Positions 51,002 to 60,426 of a DNA stretch of 64,000 nucleotides are shown here, one piece after another. Within the stretch, counting starts at the first letter, position 1, and each line of letters starts with the position of its first letter. Source of the DNA: an uncultured Alphaproteobacteria bacterium. GTDB taxonomy: Bacteria > Pseudomonadota > Alphaproteobacteria > UBA8366. Under the pieces are notes generated by a model. The model was not told the origin of the DNA. It did not search any database and saw nothing but the letters and a program-made list of their open reading frames with translations. The stretch is from NCBI GenBank assembly GCA_963711215.1, contig CAVQDH010000006.1, positions 176,737 through 240,736 on the forward strand, written 5' to 3'. The translations under genes were made by a program, and so were the position numbers.

Positions 51002-51004
51002 TTA

Positions 51005-52093
51005 CTAAACTGGCTCCAGCGGTGCGTTAAGGGTGGCGCCGGCGACGCGGATGCCGCCCCGGTTGCCGATCTCGACGCTGCCCCAGCGCTGCGTGAACAC
51101 CTCGGGCATCGGCCGGCCATCGGGCGGGCATAGCCACAGGCGCAGGAGGTGGCGTTTCCGCTCGGGCTCCAGCCAGTCCTCGAACGCCGTCCGGTCATGC
51201 AGGATCTGATGGTTGTGCAGGATCTGGATATCGCCCGGCTCGAACTCCATCTGCAAATGCAGTGACGGGTCGTCGGCCAGGGAATCCAACAGGTCGAGCG
51301 CCTTGAGCTGCGCGTCGGCGAAGCGGGGCACGTCCTCGAAGCGCTGCGCCGAGTCAATGTATCTGCGCACGTAGTAGCTGGTCAGTAGCCCGGCGTGCCA
51401 GTTGAACACCGGTATCGTGTAGTAGGGCTTCATGCCCGGCGGCACCTCGCCGCGGCGGTCGACGCAGAACGGCTCGAACAGCACCCGGGTCAGCGCCGGA
51501 TCGCGGGCCAGCATCTCGTTGTAGAGCGTTACCGAGCTGACGATGGTGCTGTAGCCGCCGCTGCGCGCCTTCTGCAGGCACATGAGCGCCACGAAATCGC
51601 AGGAATCCGCGTGATAATACTGACGCCGGGTCGTCTGGTAGGTGCGGACGCTGGGATCGTCGATCCTGTAGCCGAGGTCGCGCACGTGGCCGAGCACATG
51701 CCCCTTGGCGTTCTGCGACACTGCGCGGCCGAAATAGGCGCCGATGCCCCAGAAGATCATCGCCATGTCGGCGGTCGAATAGGTCTGCCGCGGAATGCCG
51801 CGGATCAGGGTGAACCCCCGCCCGTGCAGCAGTTCCTGATGGATGCGGTCGAGCGCCGGGCCGAGGGTCGGCAGCGGGAATTCGGCCCGCGAAACGTTCA
51901 GGATCTCGAGCTTCCGGCGCTTCACGCCGTCGAGCGCGGCATCGATCTCGGCGATCTCGCGGGCGGAAAGCGCATAGATCCATTCGTCGCTCTTCGCCAT
52001 CTCGCCGCCGTGCCATGCGGACGGCCCGCCGATCGGGCCGGGCGGCATCGGCGGGCCCATGAGGTCGGTCTTCTTCTGTGCGGTTGCGCTCAT
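51005..52093 (-). CDS. TauD/TfdA-family Fe(II)/2-oxoglutarate-dependent dioxygenase, paralogue 2
   Basis: 362 aa, collinear with 44100..45200. Shared blocks include FPLPTLG, SQNAKGHVLGHV, CVDRRGEVPPGM and RHLLRLW. HAD triad (QYYHADSCD) and HNHQILHDR. Confidence 0.8.
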   Translation of the reverse strand: MSATAQKKTDLMGPPMPPGPIGGPSAWHGGEMAKSDEWIYALSAREIAEIDAALDGVKRRKLEILNVSRAEFPLPTLGPALDRIHQELLHGRGFTLIRGIPRQTYSTADMAMIFWGIGAYFGRAVSQNAKGHVLGHVRDLGYRIDDPSVRTYQTTRRQYYHADSCDFVALMCLQKARSGGYSTIVSSVTLYNEMLARDPALTRVLFEPFCVDRRGEVPPGMKPYYTIPVFNWHAGLLTSYYVRRYIDSAQRFEDVPRFADAQLKALDLLDSLADDPSLHLQMEFEPGDIQILHNHQILHDRTAFEDWLEPERKRHLLRLWLCPPDGRPMPEVFTQRWGSVEIGNRGGIRVAGATLNAPLEPV

Positions 52094-52097
52094 GGCG

Positions 52098-53297
52098 TCA
52101 GATTACTCCGTCCTGCTTCAATCGATCCAGTTCAGCCGGCGGCAGGCCGAGCCAGTCGCCGTAGACTTCCTTATTATGGGCGCCGAGCTCGTCGCTCGGG
52201 ATGATCGGCATCAGGTCTGATTCTTGAAAGCGCAGCGGGCTGCGCTGCAGCGCCAGCCGGCCCAGCACGGGATGGTCGACCCATTCCAGCATGCCGCGAG
52301 CATGCAAGTGCTCGTCATGGATCACCTCGTGCAGATTGCGCACCGGCGCGCAGGGAAAGTTATGCTTGCGCGCGGTCGCCAGCAACTCGTCCTTGGTCAG
52401 CGATTTGGTCCAGGCTTCGACCAGCGCATTGACCTCGTCCAGGATCTCGGCGCGCGCGTGATTCGTGGCGTAGCGCGGATCGTCCTTCAGTTCCGGCCGC
52501 CCCAAGGCCTCGAGCAGCCGGTAGAAATGACCGTCGTTCGTGCAGTTGATCGCGGCGTAGCCGTCCTTGGTCGGGTAGACGTTGTAGGGCGAGATCGAGA
52601 GCCCGCCATGCTGGTTGCCGGTGCGCGGGGGCTCCTTGCCGCCGAGCGTGTAATACATGCCGATATTGGAGGCGAGCGCGGCGTAGATCGCCTCCTGCAT
52701 CGACACCTCGACCATGCGGCCCTGGCCGGTCTTCTCCGCCTCGTAGAGCGCGGTCATGATGCCGGCGTAGAGGTGGATGCCGCCGGAGAAATCGCAGACC
52801 GCGGCGCCGGCCTTGACCGGCGGGCTGTCGGGAAAGCCGGTGACGCTCATCAGGCCGGATGCCGCCTGGACGGTGAGGTCCATGGCGAGATCGTCCCGGC
52901 GCGGCCCGCTGCGGCCATAGCCGCTGGAGCAGCCGTAAACCAGCTTCGGGTTGACCTTGCGCAGCTCGTTCCAGCCGAGCCGCATGTTTTCCATGGCGTC
53001 CGGCGCGAAGTTCTCCAGCACGATATCGGCCCGCCGCACCATCTCGAGAAAGATCTCGCGCCCGCGCGGCGCTTTCAGGTTCAGCGTGACGCATTCCTTG
53101 TTGGAATTGAGCAATGCGAAGGGCACGGAATGGCTTTTCTTCGCGCCGCGATGGCGCAGATGCTCGCCCTTCAGCGGCTCGATCTTGATCACCCGCGCCC
53201 CGGCCATCGCCAGCAGGAAGCCCGCATAAGGGCCATTGTAAATATGGCCCAGGTCGAGCACGGTGACGCCTGCGAGGGGGTAGGGACGCCCGGACAT
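52098..53297 (-). CDS. Family III CoA-transferase (CaiB/BaiF family)
   Basis: LAGVTVLDLGHIYNGPYAGFLLAMAGARVIKIEP... is the typical N-terminus. ATG at 53297 with AAGGA upstream. A TTG at 53303 is also open. Confidence 0.85.
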   Translation of the reverse strand: MSGRPYPLAGVTVLDLGHIYNGPYAGFLLAMAGARVIKIEPLKGEHLRHRGAKKSHSVPFALLNSNKECVTLNLKAPRGREIFLEMVRRADIVLENFAPDAMENMRLGWNELRKVNPKLVYGCSSGYGRSGPRRDDLAMDLTVQAASGLMSVTGFPDSPPVKAGAAVCDFSGGIHLYAGIMTALYEAEKTGQGRMVEVSMQEAIYAALASNIGMYYTLGGKEPPRTGNQHGGLSISPYNVYPTKDGYAAINCTNDGHFYRLLEALGRPELKDDPRYATNHARAEILDEVNALVEAWTKSLTKDELLATARKHNFPCAPVRNLHEVIHDEHLHARGMLEWVDHPVLGRLALQRSPLRFQESDLMPIIPSDELGAHNKEVYGDWLGLPPAELDRLKQDGVI

Positions 53298-53429
53298 TCT
53301 CAATTCCTTCTCGATTGAATGCGCGGGAGGCCGCGCGCGATCACCATGGGGCCGGCTTCGGACGGGCCGGCGCCGATCCGCCTGATGCGGCGCGCCACCC
53401 GGCTAGAATTGGATATAGCAAAAATACCG

Positions 53430-54086
53430 TCAGGCGTCGAAAAGCGCCCGCAGCTTGCGGACCGCCGCCTCGGGCGCGTCCAGGACCGGCCGCCCGGTCC
53501 GCTGCTCGACGAGCGGCCGGGTCGGGCCCATCGAGAACTGCCCGAGCAGGATGGCGTCGCAATCGCCGGCGTCACCCGACGCCTCGACGACCAGCCGGTC
53601 ATGGCCCGCGCGGTCGCCGCCCTGCAGCAGGCTCATCGCCTCCGGCACGAAGATCGGGGACAGGTCGATCGCCTTGCCGGCTTCGCGCGACCGCTCGGTC
53701 AGCTCCGCTTCGAGCATGCGGTTGGTGCCGGGATCCGTGGCGATCATCGAGAAGCGGGCGCCGAGCGCCAGCGCTTCGTCGATCAGGCCGTCGAAGGAGG
53801 TCAGGACAGGAATGCCGAGGTCCTTGCGGCCCGCGACGACGGCGGGGCCGAACAGCGAGCCGGTCACCAGGATCGCGTCCACGCCGCAATCGGCGCTGTA
53901 GCGCAGCAGGGCCGCAATCCGCCGGTAGATCTCCGGCGTCAGCGAGCGGTTCGGCCCCAGATCCTGGTAGGTCGACTGGTCATAGATGCTGGTCGCGCGC
54001 GCCGCCGGCCAGATCTTCTCGAAGGCGTCCTCGACCGCACGGATGGCCGGGATCACCGAATGGACAAGCCCGATTCTTTTTGTCAT
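53430..54086 (-). CDS. Asp/Glu/hydantoin-racemase-superfamily protein
   Basis: 218 aa with the two-lobe pattern (RIGLV...ILVTGSLFG...AILLGQFSMG). The two canonical catalytic Cys positions appear to hold Ser/Phe-Ser in my reading. Confidence 0.6.
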   Translation of the reverse strand: MTKRIGLVHSVIPAIRAVEDAFEKIWPAARATSIYDQSTYQDLGPNRSLTPEIYRRIAALLRYSADCGVDAILVTGSLFGPAVVAGRKDLGIPVLTSFDGLIDEALALGARFSMIATDPGTNRMLEAELTERSREAGKAIDLSPIFVPEAMSLLQGGDRAGHDRLVVEASGDAGDCDAILLGQFSMGPTRPLVEQRTGRPVLDAPEAAVRKLRALFDA

Positions 54087-54236
54087 GAAGCGTTCCCTTA
54101 CAATGGGTTAGCGCAGGTGTCCAGCGTCCGTTGAGCGATCCGGCGGCTTTTGGGTCGAAAAGGCGGGCCGAAACCGTTATACACCCGCGCAAGCGGCGCG
54201 TTACGGCCGCAGTCAAATCAGCAAAAGGACAGACCG

Positions 54237-54557
54237 ATGGCAGACCAGGTGCGCGCATCGCACATTCTTCTCATGTATGCGGGCTCGGCGCGGTCGACCG
54301 CAACGCGGTCCAAGGACGAGGCGCTGGCCGAGATCAACGAGCTCAAGACGGCCGTCGAGGGCGGCGCCGATTTCGGCGAGCTCGCGCGCGAGAAATCGGA
54401 TTGTCCGTCAGGCCAGGACGGCGGCGACCTTGGCTGGTTCAGCCCGGGCATGATGGTCCCGGAATTCGACGACGCCGCCTTTGCGCTCGGCGTGGGCGAC
54501 AGCAGCGACGTCGTCGAGACGGCCTTCGGATATCACCTCATCCAGCGGACGGGCTGA
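54237..54557 (+). CDS. Parvulin-type peptidyl-prolyl cis-trans isomerase (PpiC-like)
   Basis: MADQVRASHILL...DLGWFSPGMMVPEFDDAAF...ETAFGYHLI is a canonical parvulin domain. AAAAGGA RBS. Confidence 0.85.
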   Translation: MADQVRASHILLMYAGSARSTATRSKDEALAEINELKTAVEGGADFGELAREKSDCPSGQDGGDLGWFSPGMMVPEFDDAAFALGVGDSSDVVETAFGYHLIQRTG

Positions 54558-54581
54558 CCTGTCGGGTCCTTCGCTCGGCGC

Positions 54582-54872
54582 TCAGTCGGCCGAGCAGAGG
54601 GTGATCCGGCGGTTCTCGATCATGTCCTTGTACTTCGCGCGGGTCTCCGCGAGGAGCGGCGATTTGCCGTGCGCGTCGAAGGCGGCGGCGTCGCGGTAGC
54701 ATTCGAACAGAAAGATCTTGTTGGCCTCTTTCTGCGGGATCAGGACTTCGAAATTAAGGCAGCCGGGCTCTTGCTCGCGCGTGCGCTTGCCGTGGCCGCG
54801 GATGACCTCTTCGAAGGCCTTGCGATGCTCGGGTTTGATGTCGAATTCGACGACGAGCGCGATCTTACTCAT
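54582..54872 (-). CDS. Antibiotic-biosynthesis-monooxygenase (ABM) domain protein / putative quinol monooxygenase
   Basis: 96 aa. MSKIALVVEFDIKPEHRKAFEEVI...GCLNFEV...FLFECYRDAAAFDAH is a ferredoxin-like ABM fold signature. Confidence 0.75.
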   Translation of the reverse strand: MSKIALVVEFDIKPEHRKAFEEVIRGHGKRTREQEPGCLNFEVLIPQKEANKIFLFECYRDAAAFDAHGKSPLLAETRAKYKDMIENRRITLCSAD

Positions 54873-54939
54873 GGTGTTTCTCCCTGGAACCCGTGGTTTT
54901 TAGGTCAGGGCGCCGGCCATTGCGGCGGCGATCGGCCGC

Positions 54940-55389
54940 TTACTGCTGCTCGTTGCCGCGCAGGTCGAGTGCCCACATGAGGCCCATAATGCATCCCTTG
55001 ACGCGCGGCAGGAACCATAATGTCAGGACGAGGGCGAGGGTGGGCCAGATCGCGATCTGCAGCCACATCAACGGATGGAAAAGCTGCTCGCACATGAGCA
55101 TCGGCAGCACCACCAGGTGCCCGACCACGAGGATCGTGAAGTAGGGCGCGATGTCCGCGGTATAGATCTTGCCGGTGTCTTCGCCGCAATGCGCGCAGGC
55201 GGCCCGGGGCGTGAGATAGCCCTGAAAAAGCAGGCCCTGGCCGCATTTCGGGCAATGGCGCCGAAAGCCGCGAAGCATCGAGGCGAAAACGAAGGATGGG
55301 TCCAGGCTGGGCTTGACCGATTGCGGCTGCACGGGCTTACGCTCCTTCGCCGCATCGGCGGCGTCATCAGGTGTTCGGCGCTCGTTCAT
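54940..55389 (-). CDS. DUF983 membrane protein with an N-terminal CxxC...CxxC zinc ribbon
   Basis: CPKCGQGLLFQGYLTPRAACAHCGED followed by two TM spans. The start overlaps the znuB stop. Confidence 0.7.
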   Translation of the reverse strand: MNERRTPDDAADAAKERKPVQPQSVKPSLDPSFVFASMLRGFRRHCPKCGQGLLFQGYLTPRAACAHCGEDTGKIYTADIAPYFTILVVGHLVVLPMLMCEQLFHPLMWLQIAIWPTLALVLTLWFLPRVKGCIMGLMWALDLRGNEQQ

Positions 55390-56204
55390 CCCCGTGTCGG
55401 GACGGCGTGCGCCCGGCCGCGGATCGCCGACAGGCCGAGACTCAACAGGAATATCGAGAAGGCCGCCACCACGACCGAGGGCCCGGAGGGGGTATCCCAA
55501 CGCAGTGACGCGGTCAAGCCAAGCACCACCGCGAGCGTGCCGGTCAAGGCGGCCAGAAGCGCCATGCCTTCCGGGGTGCGGGCGAAGTGACGCGCGGTCG
55601 CGGCCGGGATGATCAGCATCGAGGTTATGAGCAAAATTCCCATGACCTTCATGGAGATGGCGACGACCCCGGCAAGAAGCAAGGTGAAGACCAGGCGGGC
55701 GCGGAAGACGGCGACGCCTTCCGCGCGGGCGAGCTCCTCATGCACCGTAATCGCGAGCAGGTCGCGCCAAATTGCCGCAAGGACGATCAGCGCCGCGGCG
55801 CCGCCGCCGTAAATTATGACCAGGTCCTCCGGCGTGACCGCGAGGATGTCGCCGAACAGATAGCCCAGCAGGTCGACGCGAAACGAGCCCATGAGGCTGA
55901 GCGCGACCAGGCCGATCGACAGCGCGGTGTGCGAGAGCATGCCGAGCAGGGTATCGGTCGCGAGGCGCCGCTGTTCCTGCAGCGCGACGATGGCGAGCGC
56001 GAAGATGATGCAGGTGCCGGCGATGCCGAGCGTGAGGTCGATCGACAGCAGGAAGCCGAGCGCGACCCCCAACAGGGCGGAGTGGGCCAGCGAATCCCCG
56101 AAATAGGCCATGCGCCGCCAGACCACGAAACAGCCGAGCGGGCCCGCGATCAGGGCCAGGCCGACCCCGCCGAGAAGGGCGTAGATCAGGAAGTTCTCGA
56201 CCAT
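55386..56204 (-). CDS. znuB: Zinc ABC transporter permease ZnuB
   Basis: 272 aa starting MVENFLIYALLGGVGLALIAGPLGCFVVWRRMAYFGDSLAHSALLG. ATGA overlap with znuC. Confidence 0.9.
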   Translation of the reverse strand: MVENFLIYALLGGVGLALIAGPLGCFVVWRRMAYFGDSLAHSALLGVALGFLLSIDLTLGIAGTCIIFALAIVALQEQRRLATDTLLGMLSHTALSIGLVALSLMGSFRVDLLGYLFGDILAVTPEDLVIIYGGGAAALIVLAAIWRDLLAITVHEELARAEGVAVFRARLVFTLLLAGVVAISMKVMGILLITSMLIIPAATARHFARTPEGMALLAALTGTLAVVLGLTASLRWDTPSGPSVVVAAFSIFLLSLGLSAIRGRAHAVPTRG

Positions 56205-57087
56205 CAGCCGGGCATCCTCCTGCCGCCGCCATGTGCGCCCGGGCCGTGAGGCTCGTGTCCGTGATCGTGCCCATGTCCGTGATCATGTTCGCGAGCATGG
56301 TCGTGATCGGAGCCATCGCTTCCGTCGGCGGCTTTAACGTCGCCGGACAAGGTGTGCTGGTGGTCGTGCTTGTGCGTATAGACCGCGAAGCTCGTCGCCG
56401 CGCGCGGGCCGAAGATCTGGAGATAGGCGGGATGCTTGCTGACCGTGCCGGGCTTGCCTTCGCAGCAGACATGATGATTGAGGCAGACCACCCGGTCGGT
56501 CGCCGCCATCACCAGGTGCAGGTCGTGCGAGATGGTGAGCACGCCGCAGCCGCGCCTGTCCCGGATCCGGCCAATCAGCTCGAACAGCTCGATCTGGCCG
56601 TTGAAATCCACATTCGCCGTCGGCTCGTCGAGCACCAGCAGGTCGGAATGGCGCAGCAGCGCGCGGCCGATCAGCACCCGCTGAAGCTCGCCGCCCGACA
56701 GCTTGCTCGCATCCGCATCGATCAGGTGCCGCGCGTCGACTTCGTCCAGAACCTGTTCCATCTGCTGCTTGGTGGCGCGCGCCGTCAGCGTCAGGAGCCG
56801 GCTGACCGGCAGCGGAAGCACGACGTCGATAGGCAGCTTCTGCGGCACATAGCCGATACGCAGCCCGGGCCGGCGGATCACCTTTCCCGCATTCGGCTTA
56901 AGGACACCCAGCAGGATGCGCGCCAGGGTCGACTTGCCCGATCCGTTCGGCCCGATCAAGGCGACGATCTCGCCCGAGCGCACCTCGATATGCACGTCGT
57001 GCAGCACTTCGCGCCGGTCGAAGAATTTGCAGATGCCAGTTGCGGTGACGAGGGGGCGGTGACGAGAGGCGCGGTATCGGCAGTCAC
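56204..57087 (-). CDS. znuC: Zinc ABC transporter ATP-binding protein ZnuC with a His-rich C-terminal tail; probable frameshift near 57050 close to the start
   Basis: GPNGSGKST, LSGGELQRV and LLVLDEPTANVD motifs. The tail is rich in HDH/HGH repeats. The main frame has no plausible start after the zur stop. A GTG at 57085-57087 (GTGA overlap with the zur stop) opens another frame that reads MTADTAPLVTAP, next to a C5 run and a direct repeat of cctcgtcaccgc. Confidence 0.8.
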
Positions 57088-57596
57088 CGGGCGTGCTCTT
57101 TCGGCCCGGCGCAACGCGGGCAGACTCCGGTGATCTCGACCACCGGCGCTTCGATGCGAAAGCCGGATGCGGCGGCCGTCTTCTCGATCGCCGCGGTGAT
57201 CGCCGGCGCGGAGACCTCCCCGGCGGCGCCGCAAAGCCGGCAGATGAGAATCTGCGCATCATGCGTTTCGTCCGGATGGTCGCAGCCGAGATAGGCATTC
57301 TGGCTGGTCAGCCGATGAACCAGGCCATTGGCGATAAGAAAGTCGAGCGCGCGATATACCGTGACCGGGGCGGCGCGGCGGCCCATCTCGCGCAGGCGGT
57401 CGAGGATGTCATAGGCGCCGATCGCGCTATGGCTCTGCCAGATGATCGAGAGCACCGCGCGGCGAAGGTCGGTGAGCTGCACGCCACGCTCGGCGCAGAG
57501 CCGCTCGGCGCGATCGAACGCGTCGCGCCGGCATCGCCCGTGGTCGTGGCGGGAGCCCGGGAAAGACGCGGCGGTGGTTTGTTCCTGCGCAGTCAC
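57084..57596 (-). CDS. zur: Zinc uptake regulator Zur (Fur family)
   Basis: 170 aa. DNA-binding helix APVTVYRALDFLIANGLVHRL. CxxC pairs ICRLCG and CPRCAG. Upstream of znuCB, with a Zur box in its promoter. Confidence 0.85.
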   Translation of the reverse strand: MTAQEQTTAASFPGSRHDHGRCRRDAFDRAERLCAERGVQLTDLRRAVLSIIWQSHSAIGAYDILDRLREMGRRAAPVTVYRALDFLIANGLVHRLTSQNAYLGCDHPDETHDAQILICRLCGAAGEVSAPAITAAIEKTAAASGFRIEAPVVEITGVCPRCAGPKEHAR

Positions 57597-57660
57597 ATCA
57601 GGGCTCGCTGGTTCCGGCTCGGAACGGATACGCCCGCTCCGGCGCGTTCATCCGTGATGA

Positions 57661-57679
57661 AATGTTATAATATAACATT
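57661..57679. promoter_or_regulatory. Zur box
   Basis: aatgttata-a-tataacatt is a perfect 9-1-9 palindrome about 65 nt upstream of the zur start. It matches the AT-rich GTTAT/ATAAC-type Zur operator. Confidence 0.8.
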
Positions 57680-57739
57680 AATGGCGAAAGCCAACGGAAA
57701 CGCTCGGAGGGGTGAGGGCAGGCGCGGGCGAGGCCGGGT

Positions 57740-60287
57740 TCAGGTGACGGCGACGTGCTGGTCGACCGTGATCTTGGCGCCGGACTCGTGCTGATAGACG
57801 GTATAGCCCTCGCCGGCGATGGTGGTCGTGCCGGTCTCGCTCCAGCCGCTGCCGGCGACGACCTTATCGGTCGCATCACCGGTGATGACGAGATCGTGTG
57901 TGTCGCCGGTCAGCGCGTTCACGCCGTCGGTGACGCTGAGCACCGTGTTGGCGTCGATCGTCAGGGTCGCGTTGTGCACGTTGCTGAGATCGACCTGCTC
58001 GATGCCGCTGACCTTGCCCGAGGCGAGCTGGGTCAGGTTGAAGCTCGTGCCGCTGCCGGTGAACTGCAGCGTGTCGGTTCCCTGGCCGCCCGCGATCTGC
58101 GTGAAGGTGAGGTCCTTCACCTGGAACACGTCGTTGCCGTCGCCGCCCAGCAAGGTATCGCCCGAGCCGCCGACGAGGAGATCGTTGCCCGGGCCGCCAT
58201 CGACGAAATCGCTGTCGGTGTTGGCCCCTGTCGTGGGCGAGATCTGAACCGAGACGACGAGATCCTGGTAGTCACGGTCGCCGCCGCCCGGAAGATCCTC
58301 GAAGCCGATGACGAGCTGGTCGGGCGTGCTGCCCATGCCGCTGATCGTGTGCTCGATGCCGTCGGCGTTGAGCGTCGGGCTGGCCGTGTGGAATACCGAC
58401 CCTTGCACCTCGGTCGCGGTCTGGCCGTCGTTGGAGACGAAATACAGGACCGGGTCCGCGGTGCCGGTCGTGGCGGGATTGCCGTTGGCGTCGCGGAACT
58501 CGAAGCTGCCGTTCTGGAACTGGCTGAAATTGTTCAGCGCCGCGCCGTCGGCGATCATGAAGAAGGCGAAGCGGTCGCCGGCGCCGACATCGAGCTGGAC
58601 GCTGTCGCCGGTCTGCAGGGTGCCGCCGCTGCCGCTCGCCGACGCATTGCTCCAGACCATCTGCACGTCGCTGATCTCGCCGCCGGGCCCGATCTTGTAA
58701 TAGCCGAGCGAATTCTGCTGACCCGCGCTCTCGCTTTGGAAGATGACCGAGACGGGATTGTCTGCCTGCAGCGTGAGGTCCGCCTGATTGACGCCGTTCA
58801 CCTCGCCGGCCGGGACCGCTTGCCCGTCGACAAGCGTGGGAATGGCCGCCGTGGTGACGAAGTCATGCACGACCGGGCCGGTGGCGCCGCCGTTGTCGGC
58901 GAAGATCGTGTCGTTTCCGGGCCCGCCCAGAAGCGTGTCGTTGCCGTTGTTTCCCGTGATCGTGTCGTTGCCGCCCTGGGTGTCGATATGGTCGGCAAAG
59001 GGGCTGCCGATGACCGTCTCATTGCTGTCGTTGCCGACGAAATTGACGGGCCCACCGGCGCCGCTGAAATCGAATAGCGTTTGGGGCGCGGTCGGCGCGA
59101 CTTCGGGCGGCATCGCCGCGTGGTGGGTCAGATCCGGCAGCGAGGCCGCCGACGCCGTCGTCAGCACGTCCTGCAATTGCTGGAACTGCGCGGCGAGATT
59201 GGGGACCTGTGACAGCGCGTCGAACGCGCCGGGGCCGTTCAGGCCGGGCCCCAGCAGGGTCGCGACGCTGTGGCCGACGCTGCCGCCATGCCCGTCATAG
59301 AGCTGGTTGAAGCCCTCCTGGCCCGGCGTGGTGCCGTCCTGGTGGTCCGGCTGCGCCGGCTGCAGATAGACGCCGGGCGCCACGCTGGAGACCGCCTTGT
59401 AGATCGCGGCGTACTCGCCGGGCGACAGCACGAAGATGCTGGCCGGCGGCGCGTTGATGTTGGTGACCTGGGTCGTCGCGCCGGACTCGCTCATCGTCAC
59501 ACTGCCGGCATGCGTCTCGACCTGGATCGTGCCGTGCAGGACCGTGAACTGGCCGCCGAGATCGTCCAGGTTGCCGCTGACCACGGTACCGCGGATGCCG
59601 ATCAGCGCGACCGGCGTGTTGACCACCATGTGGCTCGGGTCGTGATGCGCCACCAGGCCGCTGGTGAAGATGAAGACGCCCTTCAGCATGGAGAAGGAGA
59701 CTTCGCCCGAGTTGTCCTGCGGGTTGAAGGTCAACTGGTCGAGCGCCAGCCGCGCATCCGGGCCGATCGCGAAGGTCGTCTGATCGATCAGCAGGATGCG
59801 CACCGCGCTGTCGCCGCCCGCGGTCTCGATCACGTCGCCTTGGTAGAGCGGGTCGCCGGTGCCGAGTTCGAACTCGCGTGCCGTCCGCGTGGACGGCGAA
59901 GACCCGGCCGCTCGATTCCGAGACCTGGCCGATCTGCGGACCGCTCGTCGGGGCGCCGAGCTGGGCGTATTGGCCGGGGGTCGATGACACGATGAAGGGA
60001 TGAAGGATCTCCGGCGTCGCCACCCGGTTGCCGTCCGCGGTGACGAGATCGGGCGCCGGGTCGGCGGTGAAATAGCCGTGGACGACGATGGTCCTGCCCG
60101 CGGCGTCGGCGGCATAAAGATCGCCGCCGTGGCGGACATAGTGGGCGCTGGACAGGAAGGCGGCGTCGGGAACGGGAATCGTCGCATGGCCGGCGGCGTT
60201 GTAATAGGTCACATGCGACGACGCCTGCGGGATCGTCTCCGATCCTCGCGACCCATCGGTCTCGCGGGGCATGGCGTGCGCGGTCAC
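57740..60287 (-). pseudogene. Large secreted RTX-type protein (N-terminal module, FecR-like domain, DUF4114-like domain, hemolysin-type Ca-binding repeats, T1SS-type C-terminus), frameshifted near 59880
   Basis: ORF 59295..60347 runs to ...SGRVFAVHADGTR. It joins EFELGTGDPLYQGDVIETAGGDSAVRILLIDQTTF (FecR-like) in ORF 57740..60187. GGNDTITGNNGNDTLLGGPGNDTI and GGPGNDLLVGGSGDTLLGGDGNDVF nonapeptide repeats. GFEDLPGGGDRDYQDLVV is a DUF4114 signature. The GTG at 60287 lies 6 nt after GGGAGG. Confidence 0.75.
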
Positions 60288-60426
60288 TTCAGGCCTCCCG
60301 GTCTCGCGCGCGGTGCCTGTCGCGGCGGACCATTCGATTTTGCGCACTATCGCATCGATCGGCCGGACGCACCCAGAAAATTCTAACTACTCACTTCGGG
60401 ATTTCGGTCGCGCGAAACCGGATACG

